Source: Candidatus Poribacteria bacterium (GTDB lineage: Bacteria > Poribacteria > WGA-4E > PCPOR2b). Taken from it: DNA of 64,000 nt. The stretch is from the NCBI GenBank assembly GCA_965198175.1, contig OZ240245.1:2304001-2368000 (forward strand), given 5' to 3'. Made by a program: the position numbers and the translations under genes. Below are positions 10,747 to 20,022 of the stretch, one piece after another; the stretch's first letter is position 1, and each line of letters opens with the position of its first letter. Below the pieces are notes generated by a model. The model ran no database searches. It worked only from the letters and a program-made list of their open reading frames with translations, and was not told the DNA's origin.

Positions 10747-11345
10747 TTGATTACGGCGTGTGATTACGTTGATGAGATGAGGGATGCTCAATTGGTTCGC
10801 CGGACTCTAGAAGGTAATGAAGACGGCTTTACGGCGCTTTATAACCGCTACAGAGGCCGCTTGTTCGCATATGCCTACAGGCGAATGGGCGACCGTGATG
10901 ATGCGCAAACCCTTGTCCAAGACGCATTTCTCAGGGTCTCCAAGTATCTCGGCGAACTCTGCCAGCCGGAAAAGTTCGCAAGTTAGATGTTCAGCATCGC
11001 ATCTCAACTCTTTACGGGGATGTACCGAGAGGGACAGAGACAAATTGAGTGTATATCGCTTTTCTCAGGTTTCTTGCGAATCGCAATCACTTGAGGTGAC
11101 TGTGGGTTGCGGGTATTGAGCATTGGAAGACCGAGCAACGTGCAGAAATTCACGTCTTGCGCGGCTTGGAGAAGAGACTTTACGGGGTAATTGCACAGGT
11201 TCTTGACAGGAGGCGATTGCCATTACTCCTGCGAAGGAAGGGTATGCGTTGCGAAGAGATTGCTCAAGCGTTGGATATCACCGAAGCCGCTGTGAAAAAA
11301 TCGGTTGACTCGTGCGCGAGAAGAAGTGAAGCATCTGATACGTGA
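10747..11345 (+). pseudogene. ECF sigma-70 factor pseudogene
   Basis: Region 2 (DAQLVRRTLEGNEDGFTALYNRY...DAQTLVQDAFL...EKFAS) ends at TAG 10984-10986 where a conserved Trp is expected; region 4 remnant (GMRCEEIAQALDITEAAVK) lies in another frame at 11157..11345. Confidence 0.8.
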
Positions 11346-11546
11346 ACCTGATACTGTCAAACCCAGCAAACTCTGTTGTAGTAAGGCTCCGGAAAAACTG
11401 ATGTGGAGGGTAACACCTGCATAGTATTTTTTGAAAACAGCAACCCGGCCGTTTCTGATTGGATGCTGATGTCTATGGGATTGGTTTTTTACTTGATAAA
11501 ATTTGAAAGGAATTTTAAGATGACGAGTTGAACCATCAATGACCCC

Positions 11547-11572
11547 GCCCCAGTGAGTAATCTCACTGGGGC
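11547..11572. repeat. Perfect 11-bp inverted repeat (possible terminator or protein-binding site)
   Basis: GCCCCAGTGAG-TAAT-CTCACTGGGGC. Confidence 0.6.
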
Positions 11573-11749
11573 ATTTCCATCACTCACTGCAGTTAAGAAG
11601 ATAAGATTGATCTCCTCGTGACGTGACGAAAAACGGATTGAAAGTCTGTCTCTCTGACATTTTGAATCGCATTTAGTAGTTTTGGGATTGACATCGGAAT
11701 TTGGGTCTCAACAGCCTGAGGAAAATACTCTGCACAACGAAAGGTTAAA

Positions 11750-11935
11750 TTGTTTATGAATAGCGAAGAAATACGATGGAAGGCTCGTTATCGCGCTGCC
11801 AGAAAACATGGCAAGCCTTTTAACGATCCGCCCCCAACCGAATTTTGCAAGCAATTAATGGAACGACATCAATTGGAGAAGGAGGCGGAAGAAGAATTTG
11901 CTCCGCCCGCCGCTGCCAGCAATCAAAGAAACTAG
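11750..11935 (+). CDS. Small hypothetical protein
   Basis: About 60 aa, charged and helical; AAGG upstream; no recognisable family. Confidence 0.4.
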   Translation: MFMNSEEIRWKARYRAARKHGKPFNDPPPTEFCKQLMERHQLEKEAEEEFAPPAAASNQRN

Positions 11936-12010
11936 GATGGCTTATCACGGATTTCTTCAAGTCTATCAATAATAACGTGGAGTAATTCAATCATTGTTTG
12001 AAGTTGTTCT

Positions 12011-12676
12011 TCAGACATTGTATAATCCTCCATTGGGTTCTGGTTGATGTTGCGTTATATGTCCTCGCCTTCGTATTGGCACTCGGGGGACTGGGGCTTT
12101 ACAATTAATTGGTTGTTGAAGTGGCGGAGGTAGAACTAATAAGGGGGCGACTTGACGACTATTGCCATTTTTGTCAGAGATAACCATGTATCCCCCTTGA
12201 TAATCTGCCCAAATGCTAAGGCTTGTTCTTATTGTTTCGTTTTTGCCATACAAACATAATCCCGAGCTTGCACCAGCAAGCAACTCAATTCCGCATTCGC
12301 CCGTCCTGCCATTTATATCTAGTGATGGCTGCCTTGCGTCCAACACAATTGCTTCTTTTTTTCCATGGACATCGGCCATCGTAATTTTACCACCACCAGA
12401 CATTTGTCCTACAAGGCTAATTGACGGAATAGAATTGGGATCGATAGAACTGGAATCATAGATAGCTATTTTGCCGGCATGGAAAGGCCAACTCTCGTCT
12501 ATTCCTAACCAAACATATCTAAGTCCGGACGAATCATGTGGGTCAACTATAGATAGCGAAGTGCACTCAATATCGCCGAATTTATCATGCTCCGCATTGA
12601 GCGGAGAAATAGCCACACCGATTGCAACCAAAACGCCCCCGAGGGCGATGTGTGCGAGTCTCTGTACTAGGTTCAT
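12011..12676 (-). CDS. Secreted hypothetical protein (FGDIECT-type, beta-rich)
   Basis: AAGGAG RBS 6 nt before the ATG at 12676; signal peptide followed by HDKFGDIECTSLSIVD; Gly-rich short beta repeats. Confidence 0.65.
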   Translation of the reverse strand: MNLVQRLAHIALGGVLVAIGVAISPLNAEHDKFGDIECTSLSIVDPHDSSGLRYVWLGIDESWPFHAGKIAIYDSSSIDPNSIPSISLVGQMSGGGKITMADVHGKKEAIVLDARQPSLDINGRTGECGIELLAGASSGLCLYGKNETIRTSLSIWADYQGGYMVISDKNGNSRQVAPLLVLPPPLQQPINCKAPVPRVPIRRRGHITQHQPEPNGGLYNV

Positions 12677-12700
12677 AAACATCTCCTTTGCGGTATAAAC

Positions 12701-12722
12701 GGGGGAGGCCGGAGCCTCCCCC
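12701..12722. repeat. GC-rich palindromic repeat, copy 1
   Basis: GGGGGAGGC-CGGA-GCCTCCCCC; identical 20-bp core at 13137..13156. Confidence 0.85.
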
Positions 12723-12914
12723 AAGTAAGTTAAATGTTGAGGTATGGAATGAAAACAGACATATCCTTTCCAATTACGAACATTGGCGGAGAAGCAATGA
12801 AGTTAATGTTAAAAGACATGGGCTTTTACAAAAACTACGACATACCATCAGGTATAAGAACTATATCAAGACTAATGGTTGAGCATCTTCAATTGATTCA
12901 GGACAACAACGACG

Positions 12915-13112
12915 TTACGAACGCTCCTCTATTACCGAGGTAGCTTTCTCCACATCTTTTAATGTGTTTGCCAATACGGCCATTAGCGCATTAATCTCAC
13001 TGTCAGTGGCATAATGCGTATGAAAGTTTCCGGCTTTTCTCAATTCTCCATTAAGTGCGTTAAGTAGGTCACACAAATTGACACGCATGTGTTCACTCGA
13101 TGGTGGATTCAA
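12915..13112 (-). CDS. Small hypothetical protein
   Basis: 65 aa; GGAGG RBS before a TTG start; helical. Confidence 0.5.
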   Translation of the reverse strand: MNPPSSEHMRVNLCDLLNALNGELRKAGNFHTHYATDSEINALMAVLANTLKDVEKATSVIEERS

Positions 13113-13136
13113 GTAATTCCTCCGTTGTAAAGTTGA

Positions 13137-13156
13137 GGGGAGGCCGGAGCCTCCCC
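13137..13156. repeat. GC-rich palindromic repeat, copy 2
   Basis: GGGGAGGC-CGGA-GCCTCCCC. Confidence 0.85.
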
Positions 13157-13168
13157 GCGGGTTGGAGG

Positions 13169-13903
13169 TTAGTAACCCATTCGCGCTAAAGCGACACTGG
13201 CTTCTTTGCGGGTAAGGTTACATCTAAGCGTTAAAAACTTACGAATAGCTGTCCTGGCTGTGAGCTTATAACGCCTCTGAAACTCTCGAACCTTCTTAGT
13301 CGCCGTTTCAGCCTCGTGTGGTGAAAAATCCAATTGGTAAATGAACCGCTCCTGCAATGTTGGCGGTGATGGAAGCGGTCGTATTCGCGGACGTTTCGCT
13401 TTCGCCTTTGAATCACGGACTTGGATTTCCCGAACTCTGTGGGTTATGTCAACCAATGCTGCCGACAAGATTTTAGGATCTCCGCCATTGCGAAGATACC
13501 TATTACTTGCAGTCTCTAAGTCAACATTATTTAGGATAGCAAATATCAATGCTGCCGCCACGTCGGCAACCGACTCTTTGCGTTGGCGGCTTTGTTTCTT
13601 CGCTTCTCGCAATTGAAACCGAAGGAGTTCGGCTTGGGCATTCAGTAGATTGGCTTCCGCTTTGTCTCGTTTCGATTGAGACTGTGCACTTAGATGTTGC
13701 AGTAGCCGTCCACTGACCTGCGAGTCTATCAATCGCTTTTCTACTGGGGGGCCACCAAAGTTTAACCGCCGAAGCCCGGTGCGTCTGACATCAATATCAT
13801 AGGTTCTATATCCGGGATACAAAGTTTGTTCCCGAACATCAACGTGATACCTGTCCTGTGCGTTGGCACTTTGGACAACCAATGTGACAACAACCAAAAA
13901 CAA
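13169..13903 (-). CDS. Hypothetical basic protein with signal peptide
   Basis: 244-aa ORF, hydrophobic N-terminus ending ANA-Q, Arg/Lys-rich coiled and helical body. Confidence 0.55.
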   Translation of the reverse strand: MFLVVVTLVVQSANAQDRYHVDVREQTLYPGYRTYDIDVRRTGLRRLNFGGPPVEKRLIDSQVSGRLLQHLSAQSQSKRDKAEANLLNAQAELLRFQLREAKKQSRQRKESVADVAAALIFAILNNVDLETASNRYLRNGGDPKILSAALVDITHRVREIQVRDSKAKAKRPRIRPLPSPPTLQERFIYQLDFSPHEAETATKKVREFQRRYKLTARTAIRKFLTLRCNLTRKEASVALARMGY

Positions 13904-13998
13904 CGTGGTGCGTTTTGAATACCTACCGAGAATTGCTACTCACCTCAATTGATGTACTCACCCTAATCCCTATGCGCAGTTCCTACACGATGTTTCGC

Positions 13999-15612
13999 TC
14001 ACCGTACGGGCTTCATTTCTCCTGACACGTAACGGTTCCAATAGTCCCTGACTTTTACTAGAACTCTTGGCGCCAAGATGACACTGCCTACGATATTTGG
14101 GAAAGCCATACTGAGGATTAGCAAATCAGAAAATTTAAGTACATCTGTCAATGTATTGACCGCTCCAACGATAATAAAGCCGACAAAAACGACCCTGAAG
14201 ATGATGACGGTTTTTAAGCCTACGCCGCCAAAGTGATCTAACAGATAAACCCAACCCCGTTCGCCATAGTAACACCACGCAATCATTGTTGAGTAGGCGA
14301 AAAGCCCTATGCTAATTGTGAGAATATAAGGGAACCAGCCAATAGCACTCCCAAATGCTGCTGTTGTTAGGGCAACACCAGCATTTTGGGGGATATTAGG
14401 ATCGATCCAAGCCCCGGTGATAATCACTACTATAGCGGTCATAGTGCAGACAATGATGGTATCAATGAAGGGACCAATCATGCCGATGATGCCTTCCCGT
14501 ACGGGTTCATCAGTCTTCGCCGCCGCATGGGCGATAGCGGCACTGCCAAGCCCGGCTTCGTTCGAGAACGAAGCGCGCTTGATACCCCAGACAAATACGC
14601 CAACAATACCACCATAGAACGCATTCTCCGTGAACGCCATAGCAAAAATCAAACCGATAGTCTCAGGCACCTTGGTAATGTTTGAAAGAATGATGAAGAG
14701 CGAAGCGACAACGTAAATGCCGCACATCGCCGGGACGATTCTGGATGTTGCCGCGCCAATCCGCTTGATCCCGCCAATAATGACTATCCCGACCAGCACC
14801 GCCATGATGATACCAATGAGCCAGTTGAAGCTGTCTGGAATCCCGAACGTACTTCGAAACGCTTCGGCAGTCTGGTTGGCTTGGAACATGTTGCCGCCAC
14901 CAATCGCACCACCCATAATCATCACCGCATACATCACACCAAGGACTTTTCCAACGGGCTTCCAGAATCCACCCATTTGTTTCAACCCCAGGTCGACGTA
15001 ATACATCGCACCACCCGAGATGCTGCCATCGCGGTTTACCCGGCGATGCATCTGAGATAGAACGCAGGTGCAGAATTTCTCGGACATCCCGAACACCGCA
15101 GCGAACATCATCCAGAACACTGCCCCCGGACCGCCCAATTGAATCGCGATAGCGACGCCTGCGATATTACCAAGCCCCACTGTCGCTGAGAGAGCGCTTG
15201 TCAAGGCACGGAAATGGGAAATCTCGCCGGTGTCTTCCGGCTTATCATACTTCCCACGAATGACATCAATCGAGTGTTTGAGCCCTCGTACATTGATCCA
15301 GCGATACCAGAAAGTGAAAAAGATACCTCCCAGAATGAGAAGCATCACGAGAAAGGGAACTGGAACAACCTCTTTCACAGGATTGCCCATATCATCGTAA
15401 ATCGGCATTCCCTCCCGATCAACTTTGTCTATCCGGACGGTGCCAAAGGCGACATCAAAGAAAAAGACGGCATCAACGGCTTCATTTACCGTAGCGAGGA
15501 CTGTCGGTGTTTCCTCCGCTTGCGCCCACGCGGACGTAGCAATTGGAATTGTCAGCAGCACCAGAATTACAGCTAACATCTTACTGTAAAGCAATAAGAT
15601 TTCTCCTTTCAT
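13999..15612 (-). CDS. Alanine/glycine:cation symporter (AGCS family)
   Basis: ALSATVGLGNIAGVA, GGPGAVFWM, FSNEAGLGSA, PFIDTIIVCTMT. Confidence 0.95.
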   Translation of the reverse strand: MKGEILLLYSKMLAVILVLLTIPIATSAWAQAEETPTVLATVNEAVDAVFFFDVAFGTVRIDKVDREGMPIYDDMGNPVKEVVPVPFLVMLLILGGIFFTFWYRWINVRGLKHSIDVIRGKYDKPEDTGEISHFRALTSALSATVGLGNIAGVAIAIQLGGPGAVFWMMFAAVFGMSEKFCTCVLSQMHRRVNRDGSISGGAMYYVDLGLKQMGGFWKPVGKVLGVMYAVMIMGGAIGGGNMFQANQTAEAFRSTFGIPDSFNWLIGIIMAVLVGIVIIGGIKRIGAATSRIVPAMCGIYVVASLFIILSNITKVPETIGLIFAMAFTENAFYGGIVGVFVWGIKRASFSNEAGLGSAAIAHAAAKTDEPVREGIIGMIGPFIDTIIVCTMTAIVVIITGAWIDPNIPQNAGVALTTAAFGSAIGWFPYILTISIGLFAYSTMIAWCYYGERGWVYLLDHFGGVGLKTVIIFRVVFVGFIIVGAVNTLTDVLKFSDLLILSMAFPNIVGSVILAPRVLVKVRDYWNRYVSGEMKPVR

Positions 15613-15630
15613 TTTTGTTCATTCTGAACA

Positions 15631-16449
15631 TTACTCTTGTACAGCAACGACCTGGCGAAAATCAAACTCAAAATCAACTTTTGACCGACTCTCCTCCCCG
15701 TTAATTATTATGACGTTGGGAATGATAACGCTCACATCCGTTGCCTCAAGATCAAGCCGATCAAACACCAATAGCCCACTGCGTTTGGCACCCCGAAAAA
15801 GTTTGCCTCCATCGAAGATGGTCTCTCGAGCAACGTTTCGGGTGTCGTTCACGTGATACGGGTCTGAATAGGTGTGGTATACTCGGTAGGGCGGATGATA
15901 ACGGTAACGATGAAGATGCCCATAGTAATAATGACGGTAAGGGCTACGGTAAAGGGAGCGAGGATAAGGATAGGAATACCGATGCCCGATGTCGTGATAG
16001 ACAACTGTTCGAGGGTCGGAATTGTCATAGAAATCGCTAAAAAAGCCGTACGGCAACGAAGCGTACTGATCTCCGTGCGCATCAATTAAAAACCCGGTTT
16101 CGTCAATCACGACCCGCTTATTATCAATGTTACGTACGCGGACGCCAAAAACAGTATACAACGGATCAATGTTTCTCCCATCCGAAACAAGATAAGGGTT
16201 GATGCTAGGGTCTTCTGTTAGCTCAAATAGCTTAACTCCATCAAGCGGTTCAAGCGTAATACGGACACCTTTCTGTTCTAATGTAATCGAACCTGCTTGG
16301 GGATTGATTTGAGCCTTCTCGCCCTTAGCGACAGGCTCCATGTAGATATCGACATGCGGTTTGAGACCACAGCCCACTAGGGAGCTGGTGGCCGCCATCA
16401 AGAAAAGTAAGCCCCAAAACTTTTGGTACATCATTTGTCGCTCCTCCAT
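15631..16449 (-). CDS. Hypothetical lipoprotein with a Tyr/His/Arg/Pro-rich insert
   Basis: Lipobox LVGC; beta-sandwich-like strands around a low-complexity YHR segment. Confidence 0.75.
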   Translation of the reverse strand: MEERQMMYQKFWGLLFLMAATSSLVGCGLKPHVDIYMEPVAKGEKAQINPQAGSITLEQKGVRITLEPLDGVKLFELTEDPSINPYLVSDGRNIDPLYTVFGVRVRNIDNKRVVIDETGFLIDAHGDQYASLPYGFFSDFYDNSDPRTVVYHDIGHRYSYPYPRSLYRSPYRHYYYGHLHRYRYHPPYRVYHTYSDPYHVNDTRNVARETIFDGGKLFRGAKRSGLLVFDRLDLEATDVSVIIPNVIIINGEESRSKVDFEFDFRQVVAVQE

Positions 16450-16733
16450 TAAGAAATTGGTTAATTTGCCACTTCAACCTAAACGGAGCAATTTAGATGC
16501 CATCAGCCGTTCCCTCAATGACTAGGGTTAGACGGGAGTTATAACATGAGATTCTGTATCGCCTGTGGCAAGCACGATACAATACTGTAGCAAAAGTGAA
16601 ACTAGAAATTTAATGCGGATTGTGAAACAATCAACGCCGCATGGACGATCATTTGGGCGTACACCCATTTCCAGTATGCTCATAGTTTAGCACAGTGTAG
16701 TAAAAATTGCAATTTCTTTTCATTTTCTTTCAT

Positions 16734-17306
16734 TTAGCTGTACTGACTCCATACAGATCGTACTACAATCAGTCCAATGACGGCGACAATAGCGGTAAGT
16801 GTACGCTTTTCACTCTTGAAGGAGCGGGAGATGGAAAAATCGTGCGAGGATGGATTGGCATAACGACGAATTCGAGGGACGAATCGGGGAACATCCGTAT
16901 AATAGTTTTCATAAGCGGAACCACAGAATTTTCGCAAATATGCCTCCTCAGATGCGATAATCGGTAGATACTGGGCAAAGTAGCCGACGATGAGCAAAGC
17001 AATCATCCAGTAGACATTAGCGATTAAACAGACACCGAAACTGATGAGCAAATTTCCCAAATAGAGTGGATTTCGGACATGGGCATAAGGACCTGTTGTT
17101 ACAAGGTTGCGTGCTGCGCTTAAATCTCGGGCGCGGGTACTGCCACCCGCATAACCAACAGTCCACAAACGGAACCACTCACCAAAGCACAAAAAGGGGA
17201 TTCCAATCAGTATAGAAATGGGAGTAGGATGAGAAAAATAAATTAGGAGGAGAACTAACGGTATGGGAGTCATGCTGCGCAGGCGAAAGAGAAAACGACC
17301 GATCAT
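16734..17306 (-). CDS. Isoprenylcysteine carboxylmethyltransferase/PEMT family membrane protein
   Basis: LVTTGPYAHVRNPLYLG, EEAYL, YYTDVPRFVP. Confidence 0.88.
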   Translation of the reverse strand: MIGRFLFRLRSMTPIPLVLLLIYFSHPTPISILIGIPFLCFGEWFRLWTVGYAGGSTRARDLSAARNLVTTGPYAHVRNPLYLGNLLISFGVCLIANVYWMIALLIVGYFAQYLPIIASEEAYLRKFCGSAYENYYTDVPRFVPRIRRYANPSSHDFSISRSFKSEKRTLTAIVAVIGLIVVRSVWSQYS

Positions 17307-17325
17307 TTTTTGTTCCCCAGTTTCC

Positions 17326-18387
17326 TCACTTGGGAGTTTTCCAAATCAACATACCGCCGATCATTGCGTAAATCACATTTGCGCCCCAACACGCTACAAT
17401 CGGTGATAACTTGCCATTTTCACCGAGTCCCTCTAGTGTTGCAAACGAAACGCCCCAATATAAAAAACTGAGAAAAAACGCTATCACCAACCCGGCGAAA
17501 AAACCAGCCTTGCCAAAGCGAATAGAAATCGGTGCACCCATTAAGACGACGACGAACGCTGCAAACGGATAAGCCAATTTGTGCTGTATCTTCACTTGTT
17601 CGCGTCGTATGGTTTGACCCGCACTACGCTTATACCGTATTTGCTGTCGTAACTCCTTAAGCGTCATCGCCCGAATATCTTTGTCGTTCCCCGCAAACCT
17701 TTCAGGGTTTTCTGATCGGTCAATTTGCTTGGTCTCAAATGGCTCAAAGGAAATCTCAACATCTTTCTCAATACGGCGAATAAAGCCATTGACGAGATGC
17801 CATTGGGTGGGTGACCATGTCACAGAATGCGCAAAAATTTCTTGTGCGAGATTTCCACTTGAATCGAACTCATAAATCGTCATCTGATCGATGTCTTCGT
17901 TCTCTAGATCCAAGGTCTGAATATAGAACAGTCGATTGTGTTGCCCTTTAAACACCACATTTCGACTTCGGCGTAACGGTATCTTCTTTTTCAACTGGTT
18001 CGCACGATGGTACGCAGGCGCAGCGATCTGATCATAGAATAGGGCAAAGAGAACGCAGATTAGGAGCGTAGAGGCGAGAATTGGGGCGATAATGCGATAG
18101 ACACTGACCGTCGCCATCTTCATCGCTGTGAGTTCATTGTTTCGGGTCATGCGTCCCAAAACAAAAAAGGTCGCGAGAAAACTGGCAAGTGGAACAACCT
18201 CCATAATTCGGCGTGGTGCCTGAAATAAAACAATCTGAATTGCAGTGGTGTAAGGGACATCTTCGTCAAACCGTTTGATGTCTTTATCAAGCAAGCGAAC
18301 AATAATTACAAGTGCAATAAAAAATGCAAGCGCCAATACAAATGTTCTTAGATATTCGGTAAGAATGTACCGGTCAAGGACGCTCAA
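17326..18387 (-). CDS. lptG: LPS export ABC permease LptG
   Basis: LDRYI start motif (TTG overlapping the lptF stop), NNELTAM, KLAYPF, YjgP/YjgQ topology. Confidence 0.85.
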   Translation of the reverse strand: MSVLDRYILTEYLRTFVLALAFFIALVIIVRLLDKDIKRFDEDVPYTTAIQIVLFQAPRRIMEVVPLASFLATFFVLGRMTRNNELTAMKMATVSVYRIIAPILASTLLICVLFALFYDQIAAPAYHRANQLKKKIPLRRSRNVVFKGQHNRLFYIQTLDLENEDIDQMTIYEFDSSGNLAQEIFAHSVTWSPTQWHLVNGFIRRIEKDVEISFEPFETKQIDRSENPERFAGNDKDIRAMTLKELRQQIRYKRSAGQTIRREQVKIQHKLAYPFAAFVVVLMGAPISIRFGKAGFFAGLVIAFFLSFLYWGVSFATLEGLGENGKLSPIVACWGANVIYAMIGGMLIWKTPK

Positions 18388-19604
18388 TCCAATTCTCCGA
18401 TTTGTTGCACTTCCGTTTTGTTCAAAACAATCGATGAAATTTCTCCCCGGTTTCGCCAAGCCGCGAATCTTCCTTCAAAAATCGTTATCGTAATGAATCC
18501 CAAGCCAATTGCTCCGATAGCAATGTTCGGCAACCAGATTGAAAGAACGGGTGACAGCCTGCCACTCTCTCCTGCTTCCTGTCCGAATTGTAAAATCAGA
18601 TAGTACACAAGAATTAGCGTAAGTCCAATACCCGTCCCAACCATTTTGCCGCTACGCTTCACTATTAATCCAAGCGGCACACCGATTAAACCGAAAACGA
18701 AACATGCAAAAGGAATTGAGAATCTCTTCTGATACTCAACCTGTGCACCCCGCGACTTTTTTGTAAGGAAGATGGACTTATTTCCCAGCGCAATACGTCT
18801 TTCGAGTCTTTTCATATGGGCTTCAAGGTTCGCTATCGACATACTTCGAGGGCTCTCAAATTCATATTCAGTCCTTTCCAGCGTCTCACTCAAATCGAGC
18901 GCGATTCGATGTTCTGCAAAAGAGGTCAGCCGGAAACCATCAGGCGCATTAGGGACGGGTTCGTAAGTTAAACCGTCGTAGAGTTTCAACCAAACCTGAC
19001 CGTGTTCAATCTCAATGTCCCCTGCTGTCGCGTGGATGAAACGCGGCTGTCCTGACCATATCGAATCCCACAGCTTAACATCTTGCAAGCGCTTGGTGTC
19101 TGGGGATGTCGATTCGTACATCCAGAGTTTTCCCTCGCGTTCCAATTCCTTCATAATTATCCCTTCTTCTAGGACGAAGGCTGGGTTTTGCATGTTGATA
19201 TCGCGCTTTAACGAAGCATAAGCGACATTTCCACGGGGCAAGGCGTAGTCCATAAAGATAAAATCAAAAACGCCAATCAAACTGGCAACTATCAGGAGTG
19301 GCAATAAGATTTGATGGAAACCGATTCCGTGGGATTTCATGGCAGCAATCTCGTTATCCGTCGAGAGTCTTCCCAGGGCAAGCAAAATTCCAACGAGAGT
19401 TGCCATGGGGATAGTCAAAACAAGTATTACTGGCAAGACATAAATCAGCAGTTCAATCAGATAGCCGGGGTTAATTCCCTTTTCCACAAAGCGCTTGGTC
19501 AGTCGGAAAGTTTCGTCAAGTAGCAGGATGGAGGTAAAGCATAGCAGCGCTAAGAAGAAGGGCGGGAAGAATTCTTTGAGCGCGTACCTAGTTAAGATTT
19601 TCAA
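18384..19604 (-). CDS. lptF: LPS export ABC permease LptF
   Basis: KILTRY...LKE, GRLSTDNEIAAMKSHG, KRFSIPF; TTG start at 19604 inferred from a GGAG RBS. Confidence 0.85.
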   Translation of the reverse strand: MKILTRYALKEFFPPFFLALLCFTSILLLDETFRLTKRFVEKGINPGYLIELLIYVLPVILVLTIPMATLVGILLALGRLSTDNEIAAMKSHGIGFHQILLPLLIVASLIGVFDFIFMDYALPRGNVAYASLKRDINMQNPAFVLEEGIIMKELEREGKLWMYESTSPDTKRLQDVKLWDSIWSGQPRFIHATAGDIEIEHGQVWLKLYDGLTYEPVPNAPDGFRLTSFAEHRIALDLSETLERTEYEFESPRSMSIANLEAHMKRLERRIALGNKSIFLTKKSRGAQVEYQKRFSIPFACFVFGLIGVPLGLIVKRSGKMVGTGIGLTLILVYYLILQFGQEAGESGRLSPVLSIWLPNIAIGAIGLGFITITIFEGRFAAWRNRGEISSIVLNKTEVQQIGELD

Positions 19605-20022
19605 GCCTGTATGACTCCGATTGCTGGTACAATGCACCTCAATAAGGTTAGTATATTTTACACCACACAAGTTCATATGTGCAAGATATTAGTTGCCACT
19701 CGCCAGTTCAATCTTCAGTAACACAAAACTTTATTCCGTTATAATTGTGTCGTTACAGAACTGGTAGACTTCCACTTCCAAAATCTTGGTGCATTCTTAG
19801 TTTGATTTTTCTATAGATTTCTTTCCAGCAAGGTTGCAACTGTGATGAAGATGTTGTATTATGCGACAAAGGACGATTGATATGACGTGCGTTTGCTGAC
19901 GGCCACAATGGATATAGAAGACGGAGGAGAATTTCCGATGTGGGCGTTGTTCCGCGCGGATTCAACACTGACGGTGCCGGTCAAAGGTTTGATGCGACTC
20001 CATTCATCATCCGGAGGACAAA

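Noticed and set aside
10984..10986. TAG in the ECF sigma as pyrrolysine or stop-codon recoding
   Set aside because: Additional frameshifts follow, and TAG terminates many intact genes in this window
12701..13156. Hairpin repeats as integron attC sites or CRISPR repeats
   Set aside because: Only two copies, 436 bp apart, too short, no matching GTTRRRY box, and no intI or cas genes
16450..16700. Riboswitch (e.g. glycine) upstream of the lipoprotein-AGCS genes
   Set aside because: Small hairpins exist (TGTATCG...CGATACA at 16555-16581), but I could not match any known aptamer consensus; needs an Rfam scan
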